Below are positions 42,201 through 53,300 of a DNA stretch of 64,000 bases, piece by piece. Each line of letters opens with the position of its first letter. The first letter of the stretch is position 1. The stretch comes from Strigamia acuminata (lineage: Eukaryota): the NCBI GenBank assembly GCA_949358305.1, contig OX442314.1, positions 23,064,001 to 23,128,000 of the forward strand, given 5' to 3'. Position numbers and translations under genes: made by a program. The notes below the pieces were generated by a model. That model made no database searches. It saw only the letters and a program-made list of their open reading frames with translations, and was not told where the DNA came from.

Positions 42201-45141
42201 TCAGTTTATTTTATTATTAGCCTAATTACTAATAAAATGAAAGTACGAGTGAAAATATTTTGCCACTGTATATTGCAGTAGGTATTCAGCTTCTTTGAGT
42301 TCCTCTGAAATTGAGGATCTTTCGCCCATGTCACTTCTACACCCTGGTGAGCACTCCTCCAAACCCAAATCGAAATTGGGACGCCTCAAATTTGAGCATG
42401 ATTACTTCAGAAGGAAGAGGAAGGATTCGTCCACGACTGATGACTTTGAGATTGAAGCGAGGAAAAATTCGATTGATTCCTCTTCTGAATCATTGGTAAC
42501 GTGTGCAATGTTTTTTTTTTGTTTTTTTTTTTAATTTTACTTTAATTTTATTAATCAATTTATTTATTTATTTTAAGGATTCGGCAACGGTTAAAGATGT
42601 TGTGACAAATATTGTGTCAGTTGTGTCGGAAAAATATCCGGACGAAATGCAAAGTCAGCCGCTTATTATTGTTTTGGGCGATTCAAAAATTAAGAAAATG
42701 AATCTTATTGGCAAAAGTAGGTTTTTGTTTACTTAAATCATTATGAAAATCTAATTAATGTGTTTTTTTTTTAGGTGATGATACGAATAAACAAATGATT
42801 TTAGCTGAATCGATGACTCAAGACAGCGAAGTTGAAACGTTAGCGGTGAAAGAATCGAACACGAGTTCTAACAGTTCTAATAGACAGGATAAAATGGAGG
42901 ATTCTAGTGGTAAATTTAATTTATGAGGATAAAAAAAAAACTTGTTTTTTTTATTTTTTTTAAATTGTTTTTTAGGTCGACAAGAAAAGAAAACGATTGA
43001 ATTAGCGACGGAAAGTCAAAATGAAATCAAAGATGAGCAAATACCGGATCAAACTGTTTTGCTTAAAATGTGTCTGGATGCTTTGCGACAATGTTTGCAG
43101 CGCTTTCCGCAACATTATAAATCTCTCTACAGACTCGCATATTTTCATAGCAGGTCGAAATTCAACAAGGTTAATTAATTAATTGATATTTTAATGTTCG
43201 ATTGAATCGCTTCAATACTTGATTTATTTTTTTTAATTTTTAGCAATTACAATGGAGTCGAGATTTTCTCTTAGGCCGAAGCATTCCTTGGCAGCAATTG
43301 AGTTACATGCCGAGTCAGGGGTTGTTTAATGAAAGGAAAAATTCAAATTTGTTTAATGTAAGATAACGAGAAAGAAAACCAGACGTGGTTCTATAATTGC
43401 GCTTTATTTGCAGGGAATTTGGCGAATTCCAAACGACGAAATCGATAGACCGGGCAGTTTTTGCTCCCACATGTATCGCTCTGTAAAACTTCTTGGAGAA
43501 GTTTTGCTGCAGTTGAAAGATTTTTTCGTTCTCGCAAATTTGCTCACGCAACTCTATCGTACTCCAGAAGCGGGAAAGTGCGTATAAATGATTACATAAC
43601 GTATGATTTGCATAGTTGATTCAAATTCTTTATTTCTAGGAAGTTTCTGCGCGACAATGACCGATTAATCGTCGCCAACCTGATTCAAGGTCTAACAATG
43701 GATGCACTTATGGAAGAAATGAATCGCTGGTGTGGTGTTCCGTCTAAATTTCGAGAAAACGAAGACAAAGCCGTTAAACATGTGCTTTTAGTGTCCAAGA
43801 TTTGGCATATTTTGATCAAAGTTTCTGAAAAATGCAGCGAGGTGAATAAGTTGTTCGAAGATGTTTTTCGCATTTACATAAAATGTGTGGAGGTAAATAA
43901 AAATTCGAATATTTCTGCCATTTAAATTCTATTACTACAATCAATTTTCATTGAAATAGATCCCTGAAACGTCCAATCTGCTAGATCAGGCTTTAAAATT
44001 TTGCCAACAACAACAAAGCATGTCCCGAGCCATGAAAATGTCAACGATGGTCCAGATGGATTTGCTGCGAAACTCTCAATCCCTTTTACTAACCGGTGGA
44101 TTAGAAATGGAAAAGAAAATTAAATCGATTCCAGAGTACACGAAACTGACGCCTCATTCGGAAACAACGAGAATCGATTACGTCCACAACAAATCACAAT
44201 TCGAAACGACTCGGATCGATTACATTCACAAATCGCAGATGGAAATGCCCAACAAAGAGAAACCGAATTTGCCGACGAGCAAAAGCGTCTCGACAACCGC
44301 AGAAAACGTGTCCAAAAAAGGCGTTTGGGTGTCCAACGCGATCCCCGTCGAAGGCGTCGTTATTGGTTCGATGACCATTACTCCGGTTGGCGCAAACTCG
44401 CCGTCACCCGAAGGATTAATGAGTCGTTTACCGTCCAGTACAAAATCGCCGCGCGGGCCGCTCAATTTATCCACTACGAATCCGGCAAGACCGGCCACGG
44501 CGACACCGAGCAGCAACATAACTAGAAATCCTCCTCCGTCGACATCGAGTGCCAAGTTTGCGCCTTCGTTCGATCCCAGTCGATTGACCGCCGACGTGCA
44601 ATCGAAAATTACGTCGCTGGACCCGGTCGAACATGCAAAGACGACAAAGGCGTTGTCGGGTTATCAGATGGAGTTTTTGAAGCAAATCAGCCAAACGCAG
44701 ACTGTGCCGACGTCGTTCAAGCCGCGGGGAAGGGGAACGGGGAAAATTGCTTTTCAACCTCAGACGTGGGGATCGCGAACTTCCGCCGTCGTTTCGTCGG
44801 CTAATAAGTCAACGTTGGATCTGTCAGTTAAAAACGAACCGGTGGAAATGACGTCTTCCAGTTTGACGAATTTTCCGACCGATTTGTCGGTTTCGGCGTC
44901 GAGTGAACCGGAATCGACGCCGCCTAAGCCTTCGTCGTTGAGATCTATTAGGATTTCGACTCAGGAACCTGCAAAGAGAATTGTAGGGCCTCTGAATTTG
45001 AAATCTACGTCCAACTTTGTTGGGTTGTGTACGAAAGTGTCTCCGCCAACTGTCACGGCGCCCGTTGTTACTACCCCGTTTGAAGTTATTGACATTTCTT
45101 CTAGTTCTAGCTCAGAACCAGAAGGAAGGCAAAATGAATGA
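36201..45141 (+). CDS. CABIN1: Calcineurin-binding protein Cabin1 (TPR subunit of the HIRA complex), many short introns
   Basis: ATG|gt at 36201 joins [101 protein letters not shown] and [14 protein letters not shown] all match recalled vertebrate CABIN1 blocks. Low-complexity last exon to 45141. Confidence 0.95.
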
Positions 45142-45298
45142 ATTAATCAGTCATAATGATTGCTACTGCCTAAAGTTTGTTTTGTTTTATTTATTTAGAG
45201 TTTTGTTTGTATTTTTATATGAATAAAATGTTGCATTAAAATTATCAAATTCTTAGTATTTTTATTTATTTACTTGTTTTAATATCGAAACTGAAAAC

Positions 45299-45560
45299 AT
45301 TGCACCGCGTCCAGACAGCTGTGTGGTCCGCACAGGGTTGGTCGTTTTCATTAAAATTTTTAATGAAATAGTTACACCGTATTTGGACTGCAAATTGGTT
45401 CGTGAATTCGATTAAATCGATAGTATTGGAAATCAATTCCAACTTGGCCGAGCAAAGTGCATCGAAAGCGGCCGGCGTGCAGCCCATTTCCATACGCTCT
45501 CCCTCGTCAGACATCTTGCATTTGTCCGACCAGCTGTATGGACGAGACATTCCTTAGTCG
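45299..45560. repeat. Internal fragment of the MITE family at 61601-63636; an empty-site copy without the nested LTR element
   Basis: Colinear with 61633-61704 joined to 63401-63585. Confidence 0.9.
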
Positions 45561-45619
45561 ACGCCGACATCGCCATCGCCGAACACCACCTTGAGCTACT
45601 CCGGAGTCGTCGCCATTGC

Positions 45620-45959
45620 TAGGGCCGTCTTAACACTTTTTAACGCTCTGGGCTTAAAAAAATCAGTCTCCCCTTGTCTCTTGTCGTAATTAAAAAAAAA
45701 TCATTTATACATTTACATTTCCTAGGGTATACTTGTAGTGCATTCGTGTTTTTGGGGGATGCTGGTGCCCCACTCCCACCCCCCTCGAAAAGAAGTAGCG
45801 GTAAGCATTTTTGTGAAAAAGAAATTTGAATTAAAAAATTCATTTTTGGACCTACAAATGCATTTTCGAACATAAAAATACATCTTTCGGGGTGGCGCCC
45901 CCTGACCTGTGACGCCCGTGTGTTTTACACACTATCAACAATGTGTAGGAACGGGCCTA
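45620..45959. mobile_element. Possible degenerate hAT-like MITE
   Basis: Termini tagggccgtctta ... taggaacgggccta with subterminal ggcgccc motifs; no clear TSD. Confidence 0.45.
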
Positions 45960-46128
45960 CACGTTCAGCTTATATTTGAACACTCATGAAGACTCTTTGT
46001 AGGAGGCGCCTAGCATACTTCTCTGCCCGGCACACCTCTTCTCCTGGCATACTTCGGTTGTTCTTAGCAACTTAACCTAACCTAACAATGGCATACATTG
46101 GGGCAGATGTACAGAACAACCCATACTT

Positions 46129-46213
46129 CTCTGCCCGGCACCCCTCTCTGTCCGGCACTCTTCTCTGCTCGGCACCCTTCTCTGCCCGGCGCCCCTCTCT
46201 GCCCGGCGCCGCT
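46129..46213 (+). repeat. 17-bp minisatellite (ctctgcccggcrcccct), left 5 units; target of the gypsy insertion
   Basis: Five in-register 17-mers ending exactly at the TSD. Confidence 0.92.
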
Positions 46214-46844
46214 TGTCGTGATTCGGCTTTGTGGTTAAAGATAATAAATAATACACTCGGGAATACAATATATTTCAAATACTGCTTTATTAAAACACGC
46301 TTACTAATACAAATATAAGTCAAGATGTTTCCTGTGTTGGTCCTCGGATTCGGCTGCGAATACGAGTTGCCGCTAAACAATGGCGGATCCAATTGTTTAG
46401 TCCTACGCGTGGTCTATGTTTGTTGTCTAGGGTATTTCCACGTGTTATTATGAACACGCGAGAATTCGCTTTCTCGTGCGAATTAAACGAATATCGTTCG
46501 AATATTTATTCTAGCGTAGATTGGCTACGCTAAATAAATGTGGCTGTTGTACAGTTGAAATGGTCAGCGGGCACCGGTCCTCGATCAATCCGTGAAACGG
46601 CCTGAAAGGTGAGGTAAATGGTGCTCTTGCTGAAATGTGGTAACTGTAGTGTCGTTTCCGGTCAAGCATTGGCTATATATATTAACCGGAAATGACGTCA
46701 TATGCAAATCCTTCTGATTATGCAGGTTCGCAGAAACACGCGACTAGTCAGTCTAGTCGGTATTTCTAGCGCGCTCTAGTGGCGAGTATTAGTAACACAA
46801 TAATCACCGCTAATTACTTCTTCAGGTGATGCTGAATCACCACA
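46214..46844 (-). repeat. 3' LTR (631 bp)
   Basis: Identical by eye to 57345-57975 except one G/A difference (46226 vs 57357). Confidence 0.97.
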
Positions 46845-46855
46845 CGTCCCTCCCC
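46845..46855 (-). promoter_or_regulatory. Polypurine tract
   Basis: Minus strand GGGGAGGGACG immediately before the 3' LTR TGTGG. Confidence 0.85.
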
Positions 46856-47038
46856 GAGAATAAATCATCGGGGCCCCCCCTTTAAATAAAGGTGGAGCAG
46901 TATCTTTAATCATAAATAATCTTTTTATTAAATAATGATGAATGATGAACAAAATATTTTACATTCTTGAAATTGATACATAAATAATTTCAGGTTTTTT
47001 TAGAGAAGACAGTCTTCTCGTTATGAATATGTAATTAA

Positions 47039-50000
47039 TTATTTCTTCAAGTTATCGGCGTAACTTGGCTTATCTTCCGAACTTGGTTCGTCCAGGTTGG
47101 GAGATGTGGTCAATTTTGAAGAGTAGTCCGAGGGGTCTTCGCTCTCGTTCAAGTAGAAACGTAAGTGACCTGGTGCTTCCAGCGGATTCCCCGTTCGTTC
47201 GTGGGCCCAAATTGGCGGCAAAAAGGGCGACATTCCCTGATTGGTGTGATGGATTCTTTGGGCCTCGGCAATGCTGGTTGGCGCGCGATGGGCTCGGAGT
47301 AGTCGTTGATGCTGGATGAAGCGATCGCCTCCGGCTCCAGCTTCGATAGCGTTCTTCATCCAGACATAAAGAGAATAGCCACGGTCTGGGGTTTGGAGTA
47401 ATTTTGTTTCAGTATCCTTCGTCAAGGACAACCCCGGGAAGTACATCCGGAGTCTGGCGGCGATCTGAGGTTCGGCCGTCTTTGAAGCTTTCATGCTCGA
47501 TTTTGGGCGGAGCAATTTTCCTTTTGTTTCCTTCTTTTTGAGCGAGACTGGTTCGGCCAGTGGTTCGGAAGGTCTATTTTCCTTCGGCGGAGGCGGAGGA
47601 GGAGGCGTCGGATCCCTGGGAGCCGGAGTTTCCACGACGGGTGTGGTCACTGAAGACGACGGGCGTGGGTGTTGGATGATCGCTCGAACGTTCTGATAGG
47701 AGGTCTCTGGATCCGGGTCCTGGGCCACCATTTGGGCTCGAATTACTGCCGCAGAGGGCACTAGGCGGGTCCAGCTGTCTACGAGAGCCGGCGGGACTTG
47801 GAAACCCTCGTGGGCCACCACGATCCAGGCTGCCACAGCAACACGTGCGTTTCGGAAGGTGGCGGCGGCCAGCAAAATCGACATCAAGTCGGTAATGGCA
47901 ACCACGATCCTCGTATTCCAATTTGGATGATCCCGATTTTTGTTCTGCGTATATTCAATCGAGATCCGCTGAAGGTTCGTGATGACGTTTTGGATCACGT
48001 TTTGTTGGTAGGAGTCCATCTCGCACAAAAGCGCTCTAGCTTGCTCCACGGTCGTTACCTCCAGAAACTGTTGCAACGTTACCTCCGAAGGGTTGATTGG
48101 AGTCGAGGCTTGGATGACTGCTGGGGCTGGCAACATCGGATTGGGTCCCGTGGATGTCGTTGGCTGAGGCACAGATCTGACCAGACGTCTTGATTTTTCC
48201 GGTTCGGGCTTGTCCCAAACGATTGGAGTTCTCGTTGAAGTTGAGGCTTCGGGGATAGTTGGGAGAGGTTCGACTTTGGCCGGTCCAAAGCGAGCTTCTC
48301 GATGTCTGAGTTGTTCTTCAGAACTCAGTGTCGGTGCGCCGATTATCACTTTCTTGCGAAAGGCGCTTGGGAGGCTGACGCTGGATGTTACGCTTCTCGT
48401 CTGCGAGAGTTCCGGCTTGATGAAAGCACTTGGCGCCGTCTCTAGACTCGAGGCGGTCGAGGGAGTCGGGCGGTAGACTGGTTTCGGCTGCATTTGTTGG
48501 TATTGCATAACTACCGCGAGGAGGTCCGCCTGAGTATACATCTTCTTTTGCTCGGGGACCTCGTCGATAATTACCTCATCGTCGATCTTCATTGGTTCGG
48601 GACTGTCCCGAATTGATCGTGTATCTTCGCAGCGCCTCCTATCTCGCTGTCGAATTTCTTCTTCACGATACGCTTTCCATGAACGTGCGCGACTCTCCGA
48701 TCCTCTCCTTCTTCGTTCGTCTTGTAGACGGAGGTTCTCTCGTTCACGTCGGGCTCTTTCATCACGTTCGCGCAGGAACTCCTCTCGGTGTCTATTCCAG
48801 GATTCCTTGTTTTCTTCCCGCCGTCGGAAGTAATTTCTACGATAATCGTCCCAATTTTCTTGGTTCCTATCGCGTCGGCGTTGATCTTCTCGGCGGTCGG
48901 GGCGTTCGCGTACATTTTCTCTTCTTCGGCTGGTTGACGGGGCATCCCTGGATTGAAATCGCGATGTTTGTGGGATCTCCGTCTTTCCCAGGCGAGAGAG
49001 AGCGCTTGGTTTGGCCAGGCGTTTCTCTGTCGCGGGTTTCTTATTCTGCGCGCTGCTGGAAGTGCTTGGCTTGTCCAGGCATGGTTTCTTCGCTGAGCAG
49101 CCTGCTTCGTCGTGCTCGTTGGAGAGACGTTTCTCGGCCTTCTGGCGTTTGCGACCAAAGAAGCCCAAAAAATGCAATTGATGCATTGCTCGTTGCGAGG
49201 TGATGAAACCGTGTCTCGGTCTCCAATCTGGGCGGTCGGGCCGGTCTTCGCGGATCTGAAGGAGCCAAAACCTGATTTCCTCGGTCGAGTAACCGTCCGG
49301 CTGTAGATAATTGAAAACCTCGTCATGTGCGGTCCGCCTTACTTCTTCGTAATATGCCATATGAATCTGGTGTTTTTCTTCATCTGTTTCGGCGTCGCGC
49401 CATTGTTCGTAAACGTCCCATCCTCGCTGGTCGTCAGGAAAGGCGGCTCGGATTAGTGGATTCGGGATTGGCGCTGGCGGGTCCATATTTCTCGAGATAA
49501 CTGCCCGTAAAGCTGCTTGATATTGGCGCGGCATGTAGTGGATCAACGTTTGCTGGCTGGACCAGTAGCGGCTGATCGCACGGGACAATAAAAGGCGAAT
49601 TTTCCATGGTTCAAAGTCGACCGCTTCTTCGAGCGCTTGTCGGAACAGTATGGGGATTACTTCGCGCCATAAGCTGCCTGCGGAAACTCTTTTCGGGTCG
49701 ATTTGCCCCCACGTAGTGCGATATCCGTCCTAAATATTAGAATATTAATAAATATATTAGGATCGTTGATTAATTTGTCATATTTTTGTAGAGATTCTTT
49801 CGTCTAACACAAGATGGCGTCATGGTCGGCCATGTGCTTTTCGACCACGTGTCTTGAAGTTAATTTTTCTTTCGGTATTTGATTAATTTTGATAATTTGT
49901 CACTTAAAGTTAAATTATTTCTTCGTTTGTGGTCAGTCCACGAACTTATTTCGTATTTTTGATTATCGATAATTGAATTTTTTCTATTTTTTACTTACGT

Positions 50001-50148
50001 CGGGTTGGACATCGGGTTCATTGGGTTCGTCCCAATTTCCCTCTTCGTTGTTTACAATGATTTGTAACAAATCCACTTGATCTTCATCGTCATCCTCGGA
50101 AGCGTTGTTTACGGCCCGTTCAATTTCTTTCTTCCAATCATTTCTCAT
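47039..50148 (-). CDS. Retrotransposon ORF3, two exons (50148-49999, 49729-47039), ~946 aa, unknown function, not env-like
   Basis: The 849-aa track ORF is open for 47 more codons upstream, to a ctaat...tttAG acceptor. A 50-codon ATG exon (MRNDWKKEIERAVNNASEDDDEDQVDLLQII...DVQPD) ends at a GTAAGT donor. Both junctions are phase 0. Confidence 0.85.
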
Positions 50149-50326
50149 TTTTCGGAAACTAATTTGATTTCACGGCTGTCTCGAGGTGATCGTTGCTTAG
50201 TCGGAGATGACAGTGATAAGTGTGGGTCGGGTTAGAGGTTAACTATTAGTCTCATGTCATCTTTGATTGGTTTGGCCAATTAAGACGCATTGTGGGACGT
50301 AACAGGTGTCCCCCCTGTGGTTGTTT

Positions 50327-53300
50327 TTATCGATTGTTTGAGACAATGGCCGGAGTCGCTTTTTGTTTTCCGACGAGTTTCCCGTCTTTTATGAACGGGT
50401 TTGGCTTGTGTCGGCGCATACCGTATATTTTATCAGGTTTGGGGATTCCTGTAGTCTTCTTTTTGTTTGATTGCTTTCCTTTTTTAGGAGATTCTGCGAC
50501 TATTTCCTCCCTCCCCGAAATCTCATCCGGGGCGTCGGCCACTTCGAGTAACTCATCTTGAACTAAATTGGTTGGGCCAGTTTGTTCATCTAAAAACATG
50601 TCGCGAATAATTGGATTTTTCGCTGGTTTCGTCTGATATTCCGTCCAAGCCTCTTGAGGAAACTCAGGTAAGTATGGAGTTAATTCTCGGGCGTGGATCG
50701 ATCTAAAATTAACGTTATCTGCCAATCTTTTTAGCTTGAAAGCGTTTCCGCCGTGGGCTTCGAGTATGACGTACGGGCCGTCGCGTTTGTCTGCTAAGCC
50801 TGCGTGGATCCCCTTATCGGCGCTGGACTGAATATGTGTGTCTTTCCAGACGAGGTCATTGACTTTAAAATTGCAGAAGGGCCGATCCTTTCCAGCAATG
50901 CTAATACGATCTCTCATGTCGAATATGTGTGACATCATGTGCTGATAAGTGGCCGAAATTATTTGCTCCAGTCTGTCGACATAAATATGAGGCTTCTCAG
51001 GATCAATTTCCAGTATTTCCTCCGGTATTCGTGGGTCCCAGGGTACTCTGAGTTCCCGAGCGAAGTTTAGAAACGCGGGAGAAAATTTGCGGTTCCTTGA
51101 GATCGTTGTGCGGATGCTGAAGGCAATTTCACGAAGATATTCGTCCCAGCTGGAGTGAACATCGGTGAAAATTGCTAGTGCATATTTTATATCGCGATTT
51201 AACCTTTCGACGGGATTGGCCCGTGGATTATAGGTTGATGTATATGATGTCTCGATGTCGAATTTTTTACAGAAGTCTTTATACAAATTTGACGCGAATT
51301 GTGGTCCATTATCGGAGATTAATTTTCGAGGGAATCCAAAATGAAGCGCCACTTCGTACAAACATCGAATGATTTTTTGCTTAGTTGGTCTCTCCATTGG
51401 AAAGAGTTCGGGCCATCCAGTCGCGACATCCATGATTACTAATATATATTTGTTTTTATTGGATGACGTGGGTTTTGGGCCCATTAAATCCACGCTCCAG
51501 CAATCGAAGGGTGCGAAAGGGCCAAGTGAGATTCTCTCGTAGTTCTTGGGCGTCCTCGGCTTGCACGCTTGGCATCTGGGGCAGTGATGAATAAAACGAA
51601 CAATATCTCGGGTCATTTTTGGCCAGAAATAAAGTTGATTTGCTCGGTAGATCGTTCTGGCCACTCCAGAATGTCCGGCGAGCGGGTGTCCGTGGACCAT
51701 CCACAGAAACCTTGTCAGCAGACTCCTGGGTATAACGACTTTCATCGAAGTTCCTGTCTCCGTCAGATCATCGCGGAAATTCGGGTGGTGTTTTAGTAGA
51801 AGTCCATCCTCGATTAAGTACGTGGAGGCTTCTCTTTCGAATTCTTCACGTTGGATTTCGTCGAAATTCTCGTCGGGAAATATTTTATCTGTGATGAAGT
51901 CTCGATAAGTTTTACAGAAGTCGTCTGCCATCTGGGCGGCTATTAATTCGTCCCTGGTGGGCGGTTTGCTATTCGTCCCCTTGCTTACGTGGGCGACGAA
52001 TGCTCGAACGTACTTGTCGGAGATTCGAGGTTCTATTGTTAGCTCATAATTTGGGTGAGCGTCCTTGACCGACTGGTACGCTCGGAGCCAATAACTGTAA
52101 TAATTCTGGTCTCCTGACTCGAGTTTCTCCTTGGGTAATTCGTTTAGCTTTTTAAATTCCCATTTTCGGACGGGGTTCGGACAGTAGAAGAGGCGTGAGT
52201 CGTCCTCTCCGCAGTCGGTCTCGTCTTCGGGGTCTGAAGCTGGGGCTCGTGAGAGGGCGTCTGCCACGACGTTGAATTTTCCGGGTCGGTATTCAATGAT
52301 TAAGTCACAAGCCATTAATTCTAGCTGCCAGCGAGCCATTCTTCCGGACGGTTCCTTCAACGCCATTAACCACTTTAGTGCTTCGTGGTCAGTTTGTACG
52401 TTGAACTTGGTAAATTCCAGGTATGGTCTGAATTTTCGGATTGCCCAGACGACGGCTAGACATTCTAACTCTGTCGCATTATAATTCTTTTCGGCTGCTT
52501 GTAATTTCCGGCTGATGAACATCGTCGGGACCTCTAACACTACTCCGTCGATGTCATGCTTTTGAAGCAACGCAGCACCTAGGCCAATTCGACTGGCGTC
52601 GGTGTGAAGAGTGAATTCTCGATTAAGATCTGGTAGGGGAATTCGTTTTACATCGATCAGCATTTGTTTTATTTTGTTAAACGATGTTTCGCAGTGGTCA
52701 GTCCACTCGAAATCTTCATCGTTGCGTAACAGATCTGTGATGGGCGCCGCGACGTCTGCCAAATTTGGGAGCAATCGATTGAAGAAATTCACCATGCCCA
52801 TGAAACGTTGGACTCCTTTTACATCTTCCGGGGCGGGGAACTGGCTAATCGCCTGGGTCTTTTTCGGGTCGATGGATAGGCCACCTGTTCCGACTGTGTA
52901 ACCCAGGAATGCCAATTCTTTGCGGCAAAATTTACTTTTCCCTGGATGAATGTTTAGACCGGCTTTTGTGAGTCGCTCCATGACGTCATTCACGTGTATC
53001 AGGTGATCTTCAAAAGTTTGGGAGACTATGACTATATCATCGAGGTAAGCCCATGCGTATTTGTGTAAGGCATCGCCGAGAACTTTTTCTATTAGTTTTT
53101 GAAAGGTGGCGGGTGCGTTTACTAACCCGAAGGGCATTACATTAAACATCAGTCGACCCTGTGGTGCCCAAAAAGCTGTTTTCTCTTTATCCTCTTCCCG
53201 CAATTCAACCTGCCAGTAACCCTTGGACAAGTCCATGGTCGTGACCCAGTTAAATGGGGCGAGCTCCCGTAGAATCGCTTCTATTGACGGCATTTGGATG

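Noticed and set aside
46550..46650. Hammerhead ribozyme in the LTR (retrozyme-like)
   Set aside because: GAAA motifs are present, but no CUGANGA core with correct helix geometry was found on either strand.
48589..49326. 245-aa same-strand +1 frame ORF and 203-aa antisense ORF overlapping ORF3
   Set aside because: Expected shadows. The region is poor in L/I/V/M codons, which supply +1-frame stops, and is GC-rich. No independent motifs.
47039..49588. ORF3 as an env gene because of its position
   Set aside because: No signal peptide, very few cysteines and no C-terminal anchor. The only hydrophobic stretch is internal and interrupted by charged residues, and overall composition is that of a nuclear disordered protein.
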